A stretch of 64,000 nucleotides of DNA from an uncultured Thermoleophilia bacterium. Its GTDB lineage: Bacteria; Actinomycetota; Thermoleophilia; Miltoncostaeales; Miltoncostaeaceae. Below the pieces are notes generated by a model. That model was not told the DNA's origin and did no database searches. It was given only the letters and a program-made list of their open reading frames with translations. Within the stretch, counting starts at the first letter, position 1. Each line of letters begins with the position of its first letter. Below, piece after piece: positions 49,315-61,748 of the stretch. The translations under genes were made by a program, and so were the position numbers. The stretch is from positions 377,375 through 441,374 of the forward strand of contig CAWDYN010000007.1 of assembly GCA_963806585.1 (NCBI GenBank). The letters run 5' to 3'.

Positions 49315-49663
49315 CTAGGCGCGCTGCTTCTCGCGGATGCGGGCCTTCTTGCCGATCTTGCCGCGCAGGTAGTACAGCTTGGCGCGGCTGACGTCGCCCT
49401 CCATCGACCCGCTCGATGTTCTCGATCTTGGGCGAGTGGACCGGGAACGTGCGCTCGACGCCGACGCCGAAGCTCTGCTTGCGGACGGTGAAGGTCTCGC
49501 GGCTGGTCGAGCCCTGGCGCTTGATGACAGTGCCCTCGAAGACCTGGACGCGCTGGCGCGTGCCCTCGATCGACGCGGAAGTGGACCTTCACGGTGTCGC
49601 CGGCCTTGAACTCCGGGACATCGTCGCGAGCTGCTCGCGCTCAAGGCTCTCGATGACGCTCAC
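49315..49663 (-). CDS. rplS: 50S ribosomal protein L19 (frameshifted)
   Basis: [40 protein letters not shown]. Confidence 0.95.
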
Positions 49664-49765
49664 GGCGCGTGCTCCTCGACTCGGCGTGCCCGGGTCGGGG
49701 CCCGGCAAAACGACGCGGAGCATAGCAAGGGAGCCCCCGCGGCCGAAAGCGCTCGGTCGGCCGGG

Positions 49766-50454
49766 CTACGAGCGTGCGCGGAGCGAGCGATCCGCTCGTC
49801 GCGCCAGCGCGCGATCGCCCCGTGGTCGCCCGAGAGCAGCACAGTCGGGCACCGGGTGGTCGTCGAAGACGCGCCGGACGGGTGTAGTGGGGATGCTCGA
49901 TGCGCCCGCCGAGCGCCTCGCGAGAACGACTCGGCCACCAGGCTCTGCGCGTTGCCGAGGGCGCCGGCGAGGCGCCGGGCGACGGCGTCGATGACGGCCA
50001 TCGCCGCCACCTCGCCCCCGGCCAGGACGAAGGGCCCCAGGCAGACCTCGTCGTTGGCCAGCACCTCGTGCACGCGCTCGTCGAAACCCTCGTAGCGCCC
50101 GCACAGCAGGGCGATCTCGGGCTCCTGGCGCGAGCTCGCGAGGCGACGGCGTCGGTGAAGGGGCGCCCCCGGGGGGTCAGCACGATCACGCGCCGGCCGC
50201 TCGCGCACCTCCGCGCGCCGGCTCCCCGTAGACGGCCTCGAGGGACGGCGGCAATGACGTCGACCCGGATCACCATGCCGGGCCCTCCCCCGTAGGGCGA
50301 GTCGTTGACCTGGCCATGCGCGAGCGGCGTCGTGTCGCGGGGCGAGAAGCAGCGCAGCTCGAGGCCCGCCGTGAGCGCGGCGTTGGCGAGGTGGCGCGGG
50401 CCGGCGCATCCAGTCGAACCACTCCGGGAAGAGGGTGAAGACGTCGATGCGCAC
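49766..50454 (-). CDS. trmD: tRNA (guanine-N1)-methyltransferase (frameshifted)
   Basis: DVFTLFPE, DSPYGGGPGM, LCGRYEGFDER, FVLAGGE, HYTRP, LLSGDH. Confidence 0.95.
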
Positions 50455-50457
50455 GCG

Positions 50458-50979
50458 CTAGGCGCGCGGTCCGAACAGGTCGGCCCGCAGCGTCGATGCG
50501 GCGGCCGGGCACGTCGAGGTCGACGACCGCGTCGGCGGTGAAGGGCACCAGGAGCACGGCCGGAGTCCGTCACCGGAGACCTCCAGCACGTCGTTCGCCG
50601 GCGCGGCGAGCACCTGGGTACGGTACCCAGGGCGCGCCCGCCGATCAGACGCCGCAGCCCACGAGGTCACTGGACGAAGAACGTGTCCGGGTCGTCGGAC
50701 CGTGACCCGGCCGTCGTGGCACGAGGATCTCGGCCCCCACGAGGGCGGAGGCCTCGTCCCGCGACGCGACGCCCTCGAAGCCGAGCAGGGGCATGTCGGG
50801 ACGGCCGGCCCGGGACGCCAGCACCAGGTGTCGAGTGCCGCCCTCGCGCAGCCGCAGCTCGACCACCTCGCCGACGGCGAGGGTCGGCGAGCGTCGGGCC
50901 GGAGGCGCTGCGAGTGCACGGTGCCCTCGACGCCGTGGGGGCGCCCGATCCGCCCGATCACGACGGTCGGCGAGCTCAC
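50458..50979 (-). CDS. rimM: ribosome maturation factor RimM (frameshifted)
   Basis: IGRIGRPHGVEG, DLVGC, PANDVLEV, LVPF...VDLD. Confidence 0.9.
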   Translation of the reverse strand: MSSPTVVIGRIGRPHGVEGTVHSQRLRPDARRPSPSARWSSCGCARAALDTWCWRPGPAVPTCPCSASRASRRGTRPPPSWGPRSSCHDGRVTVRRPGHVLRPVTSWAAASDRRARPGYRTQVLAAPANDVLEVSGDGLRPCSWCPSPPTRSSTSTCPAAASTLRADLFGPRA

Positions 50980-50995
50980 GCCGGCGACTCGGGAG

Positions 50996-51247
50996 CTAGT
51001 CGACGATCTCGAGGGTGGCGCGCTCGCCCCGCGCCGGCCGACGCCGAGCGCAGGATGACCCTCAGCGCGCGCGCGACCTGCCGCCGCGGCCGATGACCTG
51101 CCCGAGGTCGGTCTCGGCGACGTAGAGGGAGATGACGCGGGCCTCGGCGTCGCCCTCCTCCTTGACCTCGACCCGGTCGGGGTGGTCCACGAGGCCGCGC
51201 GCGAGGGCGCCGACCATCGCCGACAGCGGGCGATCGACCGGGCTCAT
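50996..51247 (-). CDS. khpA: KH-domain RNA-binding protein KhpA (frameshifted)
   Basis: LARGLVDHPD...DLGQVIGRGGR; position between rpsP and rimM. Confidence 0.9.
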
Positions 51248-51258
51248 GCGGCGCCGGC

Positions 51259-51519
51259 TCAGGCGGCCTGGGCCTCGCCGCCTATCTGGGGCGATCTTGA
51301 TGAGCTTCTTCACGGCGGGCGTCGGCTGGGCGCCGTTGGCGATCCAGGCGTCGGCCTTCTCGACGTCGATCTCGACGATGGAGGGGTGCGGTCTGCGGGT
51401 TGTAGCGGCCGATCGTCTCGATGTTGCGGCCGTCGCGCGGCGAGCGGACATCGGCGACGACGACGCGGTAGATCGCGTTCTTCTTTCCGCCCACTCGGGC
51501 GAGGCTGAATCTTGACCAT
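51259..51519 (-). CDS. rpsP: 30S ribosomal protein S16 (frameshifted)
   Basis: [37 protein letters not shown]. Confidence 0.95.
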
Positions 51520-51545
51520 GCGGTGCTCCCTTTCTCGTTGTCTCG

Positions 51546-52877
51546 TCAGGTGCCGAAGAGAGCGGGCAGGCCTCCACGGCCCATCTGCTTCATCAGCTTT
51601 CGCATCTGCTTGAACTGTGACAGGAGTTGGTTGACCTCCTGCACGCTGGTGCCGCTGCCGGCCGCGATGCGGCGCCGGCGGCTGCCGTTGATGATCTCGG
51701 GGTGGCGCCGCTCCTGGAGCGTCATGCTCTGATGATCGCCTCCACGCGGTCGATCTGGCCGATCGTCGAACCGTTCGAGGTCCTTGCCCTGGCGGCGTTG
51801 CGGAAGCCGGGGATCATGCCCGAGGACCTGGGACATGGGCCCCATCTGCTGCGCACCTGGTGCATCTGCTCGCAGGAAGTCCTCGAGCGTCGAACGAGCC
51901 GCCGCGGATCTTCTCCTCGAGCTTCTTGGCGTCGCCGACGTCCACCGTCTGTCTGGGCCTTCTCGATGAGGCTCGAGCACGTCGCCCATGCCGAGGATCC
52001 GCGAGGCCATGCGGTCCGGGTGGAAGGGCTCGAGCGCCTCGAGCTTCTCGCCGGTGCCGATGAACAGGATCGGCTTGCCGCTGACCGCCCGCACCGACAG
52101 CGCGGCGCCGCCGCGGGCGTCGCCGTCGAGCTTGGTGAGCGCGACGCCGTCGAAGTCGAACGGCCTCGCCGAAGGCCTTGGCGACGTCCACCGCGGTCTG
52201 GCCGGTCATCGCGTCGACCACGAGCACGACGCTGGTGGGGTGAACCGCCTTCTTGATCCGCACCAGCTCGTCCATCATGTCGGCGTCGATCGTGAGCCGG
52301 CCGGCGGTGTCGACGATCACCAGGTCACGGCCGGTCTTCCGGGCCGCCTCGATGCCGTTGCGGGCGATGGCCACGGCGTCGGAGCCCGACTCGCGGTGCA
52401 CCGGCACGTCGATCTGCTCGCCCAGCACCGCCAGCTGCTGCGCGGCCGCCGGCCGGTGGACGTCGCACGCCACGAGCATGGGCGCGCGCCCCTGGGCGCG
52501 GAAGTAGCGGGCCAGCTTGGCGCTGCAGGTCGTCTTGCCCGACCCTGGAGGCCGGCCATCAGCACGATCGTGGGCGGCTTGGACGCCAGCGGGAGGGCGA
52601 CGTTGGCCTCGCCCATGAGGGTCGTGAGCTCCTCGCTCACGATCTTCACCACCTGCTGGTCCGGGGTGAGCGAGTCCATCACCTCGGCGCCCTTGGCGCG
52701 CGCGGCGATGGCGGTCGTGAGCTGCTTGACCACGGGCAGGCTGACGTCGGCCTCGAGCAGCGAGAGGCGGATCGCCCGCATCGCCTGGTCGATATCGGCC
52801 TCGGTGAGCTTGCCCCGGCCCTTCAGGCCGGAGAAGACCCCCTGCAGCTTGTCTGTGAGCGCGTCGAACATCGGCAA
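51546..52877 (-). CDS. ffh: signal recognition particle protein Ffh (frameshifted)
   Basis: [53 protein letters not shown]. Confidence 0.96.
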
Positions 52878-52899
52878 CCGCTCACTCTAGAGGACCGGC

Positions 52900-53911
52900 C
52901 TACTCCTCGGGAGAGAAGATCGCCCGCGCGAACGCCGTCGCGTCGAAGGGCTGGAGGTCCTCGAGCTTCTCGCCCGAGCCCACGAGCTTGACCGGGATGC
53001 CCAGCTCGCGCCGGATAGCGACGGCGATGCCGCCCCGGGCGGTGCCGTCGACCTTGGTCAGCACGACGCCGGTGACGCCCACCGCCTCGTGGAAGAGGCG
53101 CGCCTGGCTGAGCCCGTTCTGGCCGGTCGTGGCGTCGAGCACCAGCAGGATTTCGTGGGGCGCGTCCGGGTCGAGCTTGCCGACGACGGCGCGCACCTTG
53201 CGCAGCTCCTCCATCAGGTTGTGCTGGGTCTGCAGCCGGCCGGCGGTGTCGATCAGGGCGACGTCCGCGTGGCGGGCCGTCGCCGCCGCCACCGCGTCGT
53301 ACGCGACGGCGCCCGGATCGGCGCCCTGGGCCTGGCGCACGAAGTGCGCGCCGGAGCGCTCGGCCCACACGCCGAGCTGGTCGATCGCCGCGGCGCGGAA
53401 GGTGTCGGCGGCTCCGATGACCACCGTCTGGTCGAGCTCCGCGAGGCGGTGGGCCAGTTTGCCGACGGTCGTCGTCTTGCCGCTGCCGTTGACGCCCACG
53501 ATCAGGATCACCGTGGGCGTGGCCTCGAGGGAGATGCGCGCCGGCTCGGGCGCCATCTGCGCGGCCACCGCCCGCCAGAGGGCGCGCGACAGGTCGGCGC
53601 CGCTCGAGCACGCGGCCCTGCTCCCACTCCCCGCGCAGCTCGTCGACCAGGGCCATCGTCGCGTCGATGCCGCAGTCGGCCGCGATCAGGGCCTCCTCCA
53701 GCTCGTCCCAGGTCTCCGCGCTGACGAGGCTCGGTGCGAAGATCCCCGCCAGCTGCGGTGAGATGGTCTGGCGGGGCTTGGTCAGGTTCTCGCGCAGGCG
53801 GGCCATGAGCCCGCGCCGGCGCGGCGTCTCCTGCTCATCCGGCTCCGGTGGCGCGAGGCCCAGGAGCTCCGCCCATGCCTCGCGGTCGCCGTCAACCGCG
53901 GCGTCGCTCAT
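52900..53911 (-). CDS. ftsY: SRP receptor FtsY (one frameshift)
   Basis: GVNGSGKTTT, ADTFRAAA, DTAGRLQ, DATTGQN, TKVDGTARGG. Confidence 0.96.
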
Positions 53912-56900
53912 CCGCGGCCGCCGGGGATGGCGTGCAGCGCGCGCCGCACGTACGGGCGCGCGGGGCCCTCGACGTCGCGGCGCAGGCGCCGCGCCACCAC
54001 CTGGGAGACGCCCTCGGCGCCCATGGTGACGCCGAAGATGGTGTCGGCGATCTCGACCGTCGGCTGCTGGTGGGTGATGAGCAGGAACTGGGTGGTCTCG
54101 GAGAGTCGCCGCACCACGCCCAGGAAGCGGCGCAGGTTGACGTCGTCGAGCGCCGCCTCGACCTCGTCGAGCAGGTAGAACGGCGCGGGGCGCGCCATGG
54201 CCAGCGCCAGGCAGAAGCCGAGCGCGACGAGCGAGCGCTCGCCGCCGGACAGCAGGGCGAGCGAGCGCGGGCGCTTGCCGGCGGGGACCACCTCGACCTC
54301 GATGCCGGCCTCGCCGTCGTCGTCGACGACGGCCCGCAGCCGGCCCTCGCCCCCCGGGAACAGCAGGCCGCAGACCTCCGCGAAGCGCTCGCGGAAGGCG
54401 CCGAAGAGCGCGTCGAAGCCCTCGGCGACGGCCGCGTCCAGCTCGGAGAGGTGGCCGCGCAGGGCCTCGGCCGCCGACTCCAGGTCGGCGATCTGCGCCG
54501 CCATCTCGGTCTCGCGTTCGTCCAGCTCCTCGCGCTCGGCGGCCGCCAGGGGATTGACGGCGCCGATCATCCCGCGGCGCCGCTCGAGCTCCTCCAGGCG
54601 GGCGGCGGCCTGCTCGGGGTCCTCGTCCGCCTCCCCCTCGGCCGGCGGGGGCCCGGCCTCCGCGGCGCGCTCCGCGGCGACGGCCGCCTGCACCTCGGCG
54701 GCGTGGGCCTCGGTCGCCGCCGCCGACGCCCGGCGCTCGGCGGCCTCGGCGGCCCGGTCGGCCGCCGCGACGCCCTCGTCGAGGTCGCGGGCATGGGACG
54801 CCGCCCGCTCGTGGGCGCCGGCGGCCTGGGCCGCGGCGGGCGCGAGCGCGCGGGCGGCGGCCTCGAGGGCAGCGGCGGCGCGGCGGGCCGCGCCGAGATC
54901 GGGCGCGGCGTCGGGCTCCGCCGCCAGCGCGCGAGTGGCCTCCACCCGCGCGGCCGCCTCGGCCTCGTGGGCGCGGGCGCCGACCAGCTCGGTGCGGGCG
55001 TCGGCCGAGGCCGCGGCGGCCGCCCGCGCCGCAGCCGTGGCCTGCTGCGCCCCGCCTCGGGCCGCCACGGCCGTCGTCGACGCCCCCGTCGCCGCGGCCC
55101 GCGCGGCCTCGGCGCGGGGCCCGGCGGCCGCGGCCGCGGCCTGCAGGCCGCCCAGCTCGCCCTCGAGCCTCTCCACGGCCTCCGCGGCCTCGGCCGCGCG
55201 GGCCGCGCGGCCGCTCAGCTGGGCCCGGACGCGGGCGAGGGCCTCGGCGGCGCGGATCGCGCTGCGGTCGGCGGCGCGGCGGCGGCGGCGCAGCTCGTCC
55301 ACGACCGCCGCGGCGCGCCGCACCCGGGTCTCGGCCACCGAGACGGCCTCGGCCGCGCCTGCCTCGGCCTCCTGCGGCGCGGCCGTGCATCGCGCGGCGC
55401 GCCCAGGAGCCCTGCGACCGCCCCACGACGCCGTCGGCGGGGCGCAGCGCATGGCCGTCACGGGTCACCAGGATCCCCCCGGTCCCGGCCGGGACGGAGT
55501 CCAGGTCATCGACGAGCCAGGCGTCCGCGAGCAGCCGCTCGAGGTGGGGACGGGCGGCGTCCGAGCAGCGGAGCACCAGGTCGAGCACCGGCGCGGGCGC
55601 CCGGCGGGCCGCTGGGCGCGGCCCGGCCCGGCGCGGGCACGACGGCCCAGCCGGCCCCGGCGTCGAGCGCCTCGCGGGCGGCGCCGATGGTGGCCGCCGG
55701 GACCGCGTCCGCCAGGGCTCCCAGGGCGGCGGCGACGGCCCGCTCGGTGCCGGGCTCGACCTCGAGCCCGTCGCCCAGCGACCTGGCCGCCGAGGCGTCC
55801 CCCGCCTCGGCCGGCGCCAGCGAGCGCGCGGCGACGCTCGCCTCGCGCAGGCGGACATCCGCGGCATCGCGCGCGGCCTCGGCATCGGCGGCGGCCCGCT
55901 CGGCCTGCTGCAGCCGCTCCGCCCAGCGGGCGGCGCGCGCGGTGGCGATCTCGTCGCGTCGCTCGGCGCGCGCCGGGGCCTCGGCCGCGACGGAGTCGCC
56001 CTCGATCCGGGCCAACCGCCCCCGTGCGTCGTCCAGGGCCCCCTGGACCTCCCGTGCGCGACGGGCGCCGTCGGCGGCCTCCCGCTCGGCCGCGAGCAGC
56101 GCGGCCGATTCGACGGCGGCGGCGTCCTCGAGCCGGCGGTGCTCGGCACGCGCGGCGGCGTCGGCGGCCTCCGCCTCGGCGGCGGCGGCGTCGGCCTCAT
56201 CCGCCGCCGCGCGCGCCAGGGCGACGGCCTCGGTGGCGTCGCTCGCGGCCTGCTCCAGCGACCCCAGGCGCTCCGCGGCGGCCGCGCGCCGCCGCGCCGC
56301 CTCGGCCCGCTCGCCCTCGGCGGCCTCGACGCGCTCGGACGCCAGCTCGGCGCGCCCCGCGCTGCGCTCGGACGCCGTGCGCAGGGTCGCGGCCAGCTCC
56401 TGGGCGCGCGCGGCGTCCTGGGCGGCGAGGGCGCGGGCCTGGGCGGCGGCGGAGCGCTCGGCGCGAGCGCCCTCGAGCGTCCGCGACTCCTCCGCCGCGA
56501 TGGCCTCCAGGCGCGCGTGCTCCTGCCGCGCCCGGCGCAGGGCGGCGTCGGCCGCGCGGGCGCGGGCCGCGGCCACCGCGGCGCGCGCGGCGGCGATCTC
56601 GGCGTCGAGCGCCTGGGCCCGCTCGGCGGCGCGGGCCTGCCGGTCGAGCGAGCGGGCGCGCGAGCGCACCTCCCCCGCCAGGTCCCGGGCCCGCTCGAGC
56701 CGGTCGCCGACGCGGGCCAGCTTCTGCTCGGCCCGGCGCCTGCGGCGCTTGGCGACCGCCACTCCGGCGGCGGCGTCGACCATCGCCCGTCGCTCCAGGG
56801 GCGTGCTGGTGCACAGGGCCTCGACCTGCCCCTGGCGGATCACCGCCAGGGCGTCCGGGACCGACGCCGCGGGAGGCCAGGGCCTCCTGGACGTCGAGCA

Positions 56901-57255
56901 GGCGGCACGACGCGGAGTTGAGCCGGTAGTGCGCGTCGCCGGCGCGCGTCAGGCGGCGGCTCGCCTCGACCTCCGCCGGGCCGCCGCCGCCTTCGTCCTC
57001 CTGGGACAGGACCAGCTCGACCTCGGCGAACTGCGCGGCCGGACGCCGGTCGCCGCCCGAGTACAGGACGTCGGCCATGCCTCCCGCGCGCAGGCGTCCC
57101 GCGCGCTGCTCGCCGAGCGCCCACACGACCGCCTCGGCCAGGTTGCTCTTGCCCGACCCGTTGGGGCCGACGACCACGTTGACGCCGGGGCCCAGCTCGA
57201 GCGACGTCGCGTCCGCGAACGACTTGAAGCCACGCAGCGAGAGGCGGCTCAGCAT
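53908..57255 (-). CDS. smc: chromosome segregation protein SMC (frameshifted)
   Basis: GFKSFA, VGPNGSGKSN, IRQG, long Ala-rich coiled coils, LSGGE, LDEVEAALD, ITH. Confidence 0.93.
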
Positions 57256-57948
57256 CAGGCGTCCGCGGTCAGGCGGGCGAGGGCCCGGGCGGCGGCCACC
57301 TGCTCGGACGCCTGCTTGGAGCGGCCGGTGCCCTCCCCCATCACCTCGCCGCCGACGGTCACCCGGCTCGTGAAGCGGGGGTCCTGCGGCGGGCCGGTCG
57401 TGTCGGTGACCTCGTAGGCCACGGCGGCGCGCCGCCGGCGGGCGACGAGCTCCTGGAGGGCGGTCTTGGCGTCCCGGGCCCCCGGCGGCGCCGCGTCGAG
57501 AGCCGGCGCGAACGCCTCGAGGACCGCCGCGCGCGTCGGCTCGGCGCCCAGGTCGAGCCAGGCGGCGCCGATCGACGGCCTCGGCCAGCGCCGCCCGCAC
57601 CGTGGGACGCGCGGCCAGCTCGGCCGCCGCGTCGCGCCGGGCGGCGGGCGCGGCGTCGACCAGCAGCGTCGGCAGGCCCGCGGCCTGGGCGGCCGCCGAG
57701 CACGAGTCGCGCGCCACCACCACCTGGCGCATCCACGACAGGTCACCCTCGTCCACCGATGGGTGCCGGCGCATGAGCTCTTCGCTCACGACGACCTCCA
57801 GGACGCTGTCACCGAGGAACTCGAGGCGCTCGTAGGACGCGTCTCGGCGAGGTGCCCACGAGCTGTGGGTGAAGACCTGGCGCCGCCGTCCGGCCGGAAG
57901 GGCCGAGACCAGCCGGGAAAGGCCCGGAGCCGGCGGCGGCGGCGCCAC
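57255..57948 (-). CDS. rnc: ribonuclease III (one frameshift)
   Basis: FTHSS, ERLEFLGDSVL, DAKTALQE, G.GRSKQASEQ.AA dsRBD. Confidence 0.95.
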
Positions 57949-57954
57949 CGTCGC

Positions 57955-58200
57955 TCAGGCGCTGTTCGCCATGACGAAGTCGACCGCCTGACCGACCGTC
58001 GCGATCTTCTCCGCCTCCTCGTCCGGGATCTTGATCTTGAACCGGTCCTCCATCTCCATGATCAGCTCGACCAGGTCCAGCGAGTCAGCGTTCAGGTCCT
58101 CCTGGAAGGAGGACTCGACGGTGACCTCTGCCGGGTCGACCCCGAGCTGCTCCACCAGGATGGCGCGGACCTCTTCGACAGCCTTCTCTCGGTCCAACAC
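57955..58200 (-). CDS. acpP: acyl carrier protein
   Basis: EQLGVD...[17 protein letters not shown]...[12 protein letters not shown]. Confidence 0.97.
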   Translation of the reverse strand: MLDREKAVEEVRAILVEQLGVDPAEVTVESSFQEDLNADSLDLVELIMEMEDRFKIKIPDEEAEKIATVGQAVDFVMANSA

Positions 58201-58304
58201 GTCCCCCTCTGGTTCTTCGCCACGCCAGTGGCCGCTCGGCTCTGGCAGGTCAACCTACACACGGTCTCGGACGAACCGCCGGCGTCGCGGCGACGCCGGG
58301 AATC

Positions 58305-59330
58305 CTACGTGGCGCGCGCGCGTTCGGCGCCCTCGAGGGCGAGGGCGGCGCCGAATTGCTCGACCAGGCTTGCCGCGCGTCCCCCGCGCGGCGACCCGCA
58401 CGGCGTTCGCGACGCCCCGTCCGCTGGAGTTGCCGTGGCCGATGACCGCGAGGCCGCGCACGCCGAGCAGCACCGCGCCGCCGTAGGTCTCGGGATCGAT
58501 CCGGTCGCGCATCCGCCGCAGGGGCGGGCGCACCAGCAGGCCGCCGATGCGGCCGAGCAGCGTCGAGCGCACGGCGTCGCGCACCTCCCCGATCAGGAAG
58601 GTCGCGACGCCCTCCATCGTCTTGAGGACCACGTTCCCGGTGAAGCCGTCGGTCACCACGACGTCGCGGCGCCGGCCGAGATGTCGCGCCCCTCGACGTT
58701 GCCGATGAAGCCGGGGGTCTCGCGCAGGAGGCCGTGGGCGCTCAGGACGAGGTCGCTGCCCTTGACCTCCTCCTCGCCGATCGAGAGCAGGCCGACGCGT
58801 GGCATCGGGGATGCCCAGCACATCGCGCGAGAAGAGGCGCCCGATGCAGGGCGAACTGCGGGCAGGTGCTCGGGGCGGGCCTCGGCGCTGGCGCCGGCGT
58901 CCAGCAGGAGCACCGGGCCGCCGCCGGTGCTCGGCAGCACGACCGCGATGGCGGGCCGGATGACGCCCGGGACGCGGCGCATGTAGAGCGTCGCGGCCGC
59001 GAGCATCGCCCCGGTGTTGCCGGCCGAGACGGCCGCGCCGGCGCGGCCCTCGCCCACCAGCCGGCACGCCAGCGACACCGACGAGTCGGGCTTCGCGCGC
59101 ACGGCGCGCGCGCCCTCCTCGTCGCGAGGAGATGGCCTCGGCGGCGTGCACGACCTCGATGCCGGGGACGCCCGCGGCGGCCTGGCGTCCGAGCTCGTCG
59201 CGCAGGAGCGCCTCGTCGCCCACCAGGAGGACGGGGATCCCGTCACCCGCGGCATCGACGGCCCCTTGACCGGAGCGGCGGGCGCGTTGTCGCCACCCAT
59301 CCCGTCCAGCGCGACCGTGGGCTCGGCCGG
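58305..59330 (-). CDS. plsX: phosphate acyltransferase PlsX (frameshifted, start uncertain)
   Basis: [56 protein letters not shown]. Confidence 0.93.
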
Positions 59331-59332
59331 TA

Positions 59333-59512
59333 CTACCCCTCGATCTCGAGGACCGGGCGGCCCCGGTAGTAGCCGCACACCCCGCAGACGTGGTGCGGCC
59401 GCACGGGGCTCGCGCACCGCGGGCAGCGCCCGAGGCGGGTCGCCTCGATGGCGTGGGTCGCGCGACGCGTGTCGCGGCGCTGCTTGGAGGTCTTTCGCTT
59501 CGGGACGGCCAC
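59333..59512 (-). CDS. rpmF: 50S ribosomal protein L32, Zn-ribbon form
   Basis: [17 protein letters not shown]...CPRC...[14 protein letters not shown]; intact 59 aa, absent from ORF track. Confidence 0.96.
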   Translation of the reverse strand: MAVPKRKTSKQRRDTRRATHAIEATRLGRCPRCASPVRPHHVCGVCGYYRGRPVLEIEG

Positions 59513-59619
59513 GTAATCACCACCGGTCGGAGGACTCGCGGAAGGGTAGCGGGCCCGAGGCCCGGTGAGAAAGGGTCCGCGGGCCCGGGGCCGCTCGCGG
59601 GCGGCCGGCGGAAGGCATC

Positions 59620-60169
59620 CTGGCCAGGCGATCGGACAAGCTGCGCAGGGCGTCCCAGCGCGAATCGGTCTGCACTCTGACGGCGCAGTCGCAGGGCGCG
59701 GGTTGCAGGTCGGCGCCGCAGGTCGGGCACAGGCCGGCGCAGTCCTCGCGGCAGAGGATCATGGCCGGGAGGGCCTCCGCGATCGCGTCGCGCGCCCACA
59801 GGCCGAGGTCGAGAGCGTTCGCCCTCACGTAGCCGAGTCAAGTCCTCGTCGAACGGGTCGTCGGCCGTCGGGGCGGCCGTCGGCGGCGAACTCGGCGGCA
59901 TCGATCCGAGCCGCACGCGCGCGGGCCCATGCACCTCCAGCACGGCCCCACCAGATCGACGGCGGTGCTCAGGCGCAGCCGGATGCCGGTGAGGCCGCGC
60001 GGCTGACCTCCAGATCGACCTCCGGGCGAGGCGGGCTCGGTGCGGTAGTCCTGGCCGCCGAGGCGCAGCTCGACCGGCGGGACCCGACGAGCCGCAGGCC
60101 GGGTCCGCCGCTGCCCGAGCGAGAGACCGAGGGAGCGGAGATCGACCGTGGTGGCGACCCGCTCGCCAT
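59620..60169 (-). CDS. yceD: DUF177/YceD family protein (frameshifted)
   Basis: [37 protein letters not shown]; upstream of rpmF. Confidence 0.9.
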
Positions 60170-60174
60170 GGCGG

Positions 60175-60667
60175 CTACTGAGGCGAATCCGGCGAGAGCG
60201 GCTCCCCGTCGTCGCCCTCGTCCGTGCGTCCCTGCAGGCGCTCGCGGCCACGCTGGACGGCCTGGAGGAACTTGCCGAGGTTGACCTCGAGCGTCCCGAG
60301 CACCTCGTCGGCGTAGTCCTCGGCCCCGAGGCGCACCTCGCGCTCGCGGCTGGCGGGCCTCCTCGAGGATGTCCGCCGCCTCGCGCTCGGCGCGCTTGAC
60401 GACCTCCTGCTCGGAGGCCTCCTGCGCCGCCTTGTCGCGGGCGTCGGCCACGAGGCGCTCGGCCTCGCGCTTGGCCTCGGCGAGCATCTCCTGGCGCTCC
60501 TTGACGATCCATCGCGCCTGCTTGACCTCTTCGGGGATCGTCGAGCGCATCTGGTCCAGGAGGTCGTAGATCGCCTCGCGGTCGATGCGCACCTGATCGG
60601 TCAGCGGGACCGCCCGGGCGTTGTGGATCAGGTCGTCCAGCTTGTCGATCAGTTCCAGTACGTCCAA
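60175..60667 (-). CDS. DivIVA-like coiled-coil protein (conserved between coaD and yceD)
   Basis: LIDKLDDLIHNARAVPL...IPEEVKQARWIVKER...GAEDYADEVL. Confidence 0.85.
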
Positions 60668-60677
60668 CGAACCCTCC

Positions 60678-61190
60678 TCAGGGGATCGAGCCGACACCAC
60701 GGGGGCGTCGCGCCCGCAGAGCCTCCGCGACGAAGTGCGGGAACCCAGTCATCGACCGAGCCCCCCCACGCCGCCACCTCCCGCACACCGCTCGAGCTCA
60801 CGAAGCTGTACTGCGGCGATGCCGGCAGATAGACGGTTTCGATCTCCGCCGCCAGATGCCTGTTCAGTTGCGCCATCTGGAACTCGTAATCGAAATCCGA
60901 GATCGCGCGCAGACCTTTTACCATGACCGAGGCGCCGATCGCGCGGGCGTGTTCGGTGATCAGGGAGTTGAAGCCCACCACGCGGACGTTCTGCAGATGC
61001 CCGATGCTCGCCTCGACGAACGCGATCCGCTCCTGCGCGTCGAACATGGGCATCTTCTTGAACGAGCCCGTGGTGACCGACACCACGACCTCGTCGAAGA
61101 GTGCGGCGGCCCGGGCGATGATGTCGATGTGCCCGAAGGTCACGGGGTCGTAGGTGCCCGGGCAGACGGCGATGCGCGCGGGGGCGTCAT
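60678..61190 (-). CDS. coaD: phosphopantetheine adenylyltransferase (frameshifted ends)
   Basis: CPGTYDPVTFGHIDII, KGLRAISDFDYEFQMA, VSSSGVREVA. Confidence 0.96.
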
Positions 61191-61748
61191 CCGGCCTCGC
61201 ACCGCAGCACGCTGAGCGCCCGTGTCACCGTAGGTCCGATCAATACGCGAGGCGATCTCCAATCCGCTCGGCTCCGGTGGGGGCACGCGCGGCGGAGTGC
61301 TCGATCACCACGATCCCGGGGGCCGCCACGAGCGGCTCGAGAGGGCCCCCAGTTGGGCCGACGACCCGGTCGGTGAGGGTATAGGGCGGGTCCAGGAGGC
61401 ACAACCCGAAGGCGCGGCCGGCCGCGCGCTCGGCGGCCAGCGCGGCACGCCAGTCGCGGCCGACGACGCGCGCGCGCTCGCCCTCGCCGAGCGTCGGCGA
61501 CGTTGGCCCGGATGGCGGCGAGCGCGCGGCGGCGCGCGCTCCACCAGCGTGGCCGAGCGCGCGCCGCGCGAGAGGGCCTCGAGCCCCAGCGCGCCCGACC
61601 CCGCGAACAGGTCGAGCACGTCCAGCCCGTCGACCGGCCCGACGATCGAGAAGATCGCCTCGCGCACGCGGTCGGCCGTCGGGCGCGTCTCGTCGCCGGG
61701 CGGGGCGCCGATGCGCCGCCCGCGATGGACGCCGGCGACGATCCTCAC
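61187..61748 (-). CDS. rsmD: 16S rRNA m2G966 methyltransferase (frameshifted)
   Basis: [46 protein letters not shown]. Confidence 0.93.

Noticed and set aside
52823-57417. Giant ORFs of 900-1190 aa overlapping smc
   Set aside because: Antisense or off-frame shadows caused by stop-codon scarcity at high GC; Arg/Pro/Gly-rich with no motifs.
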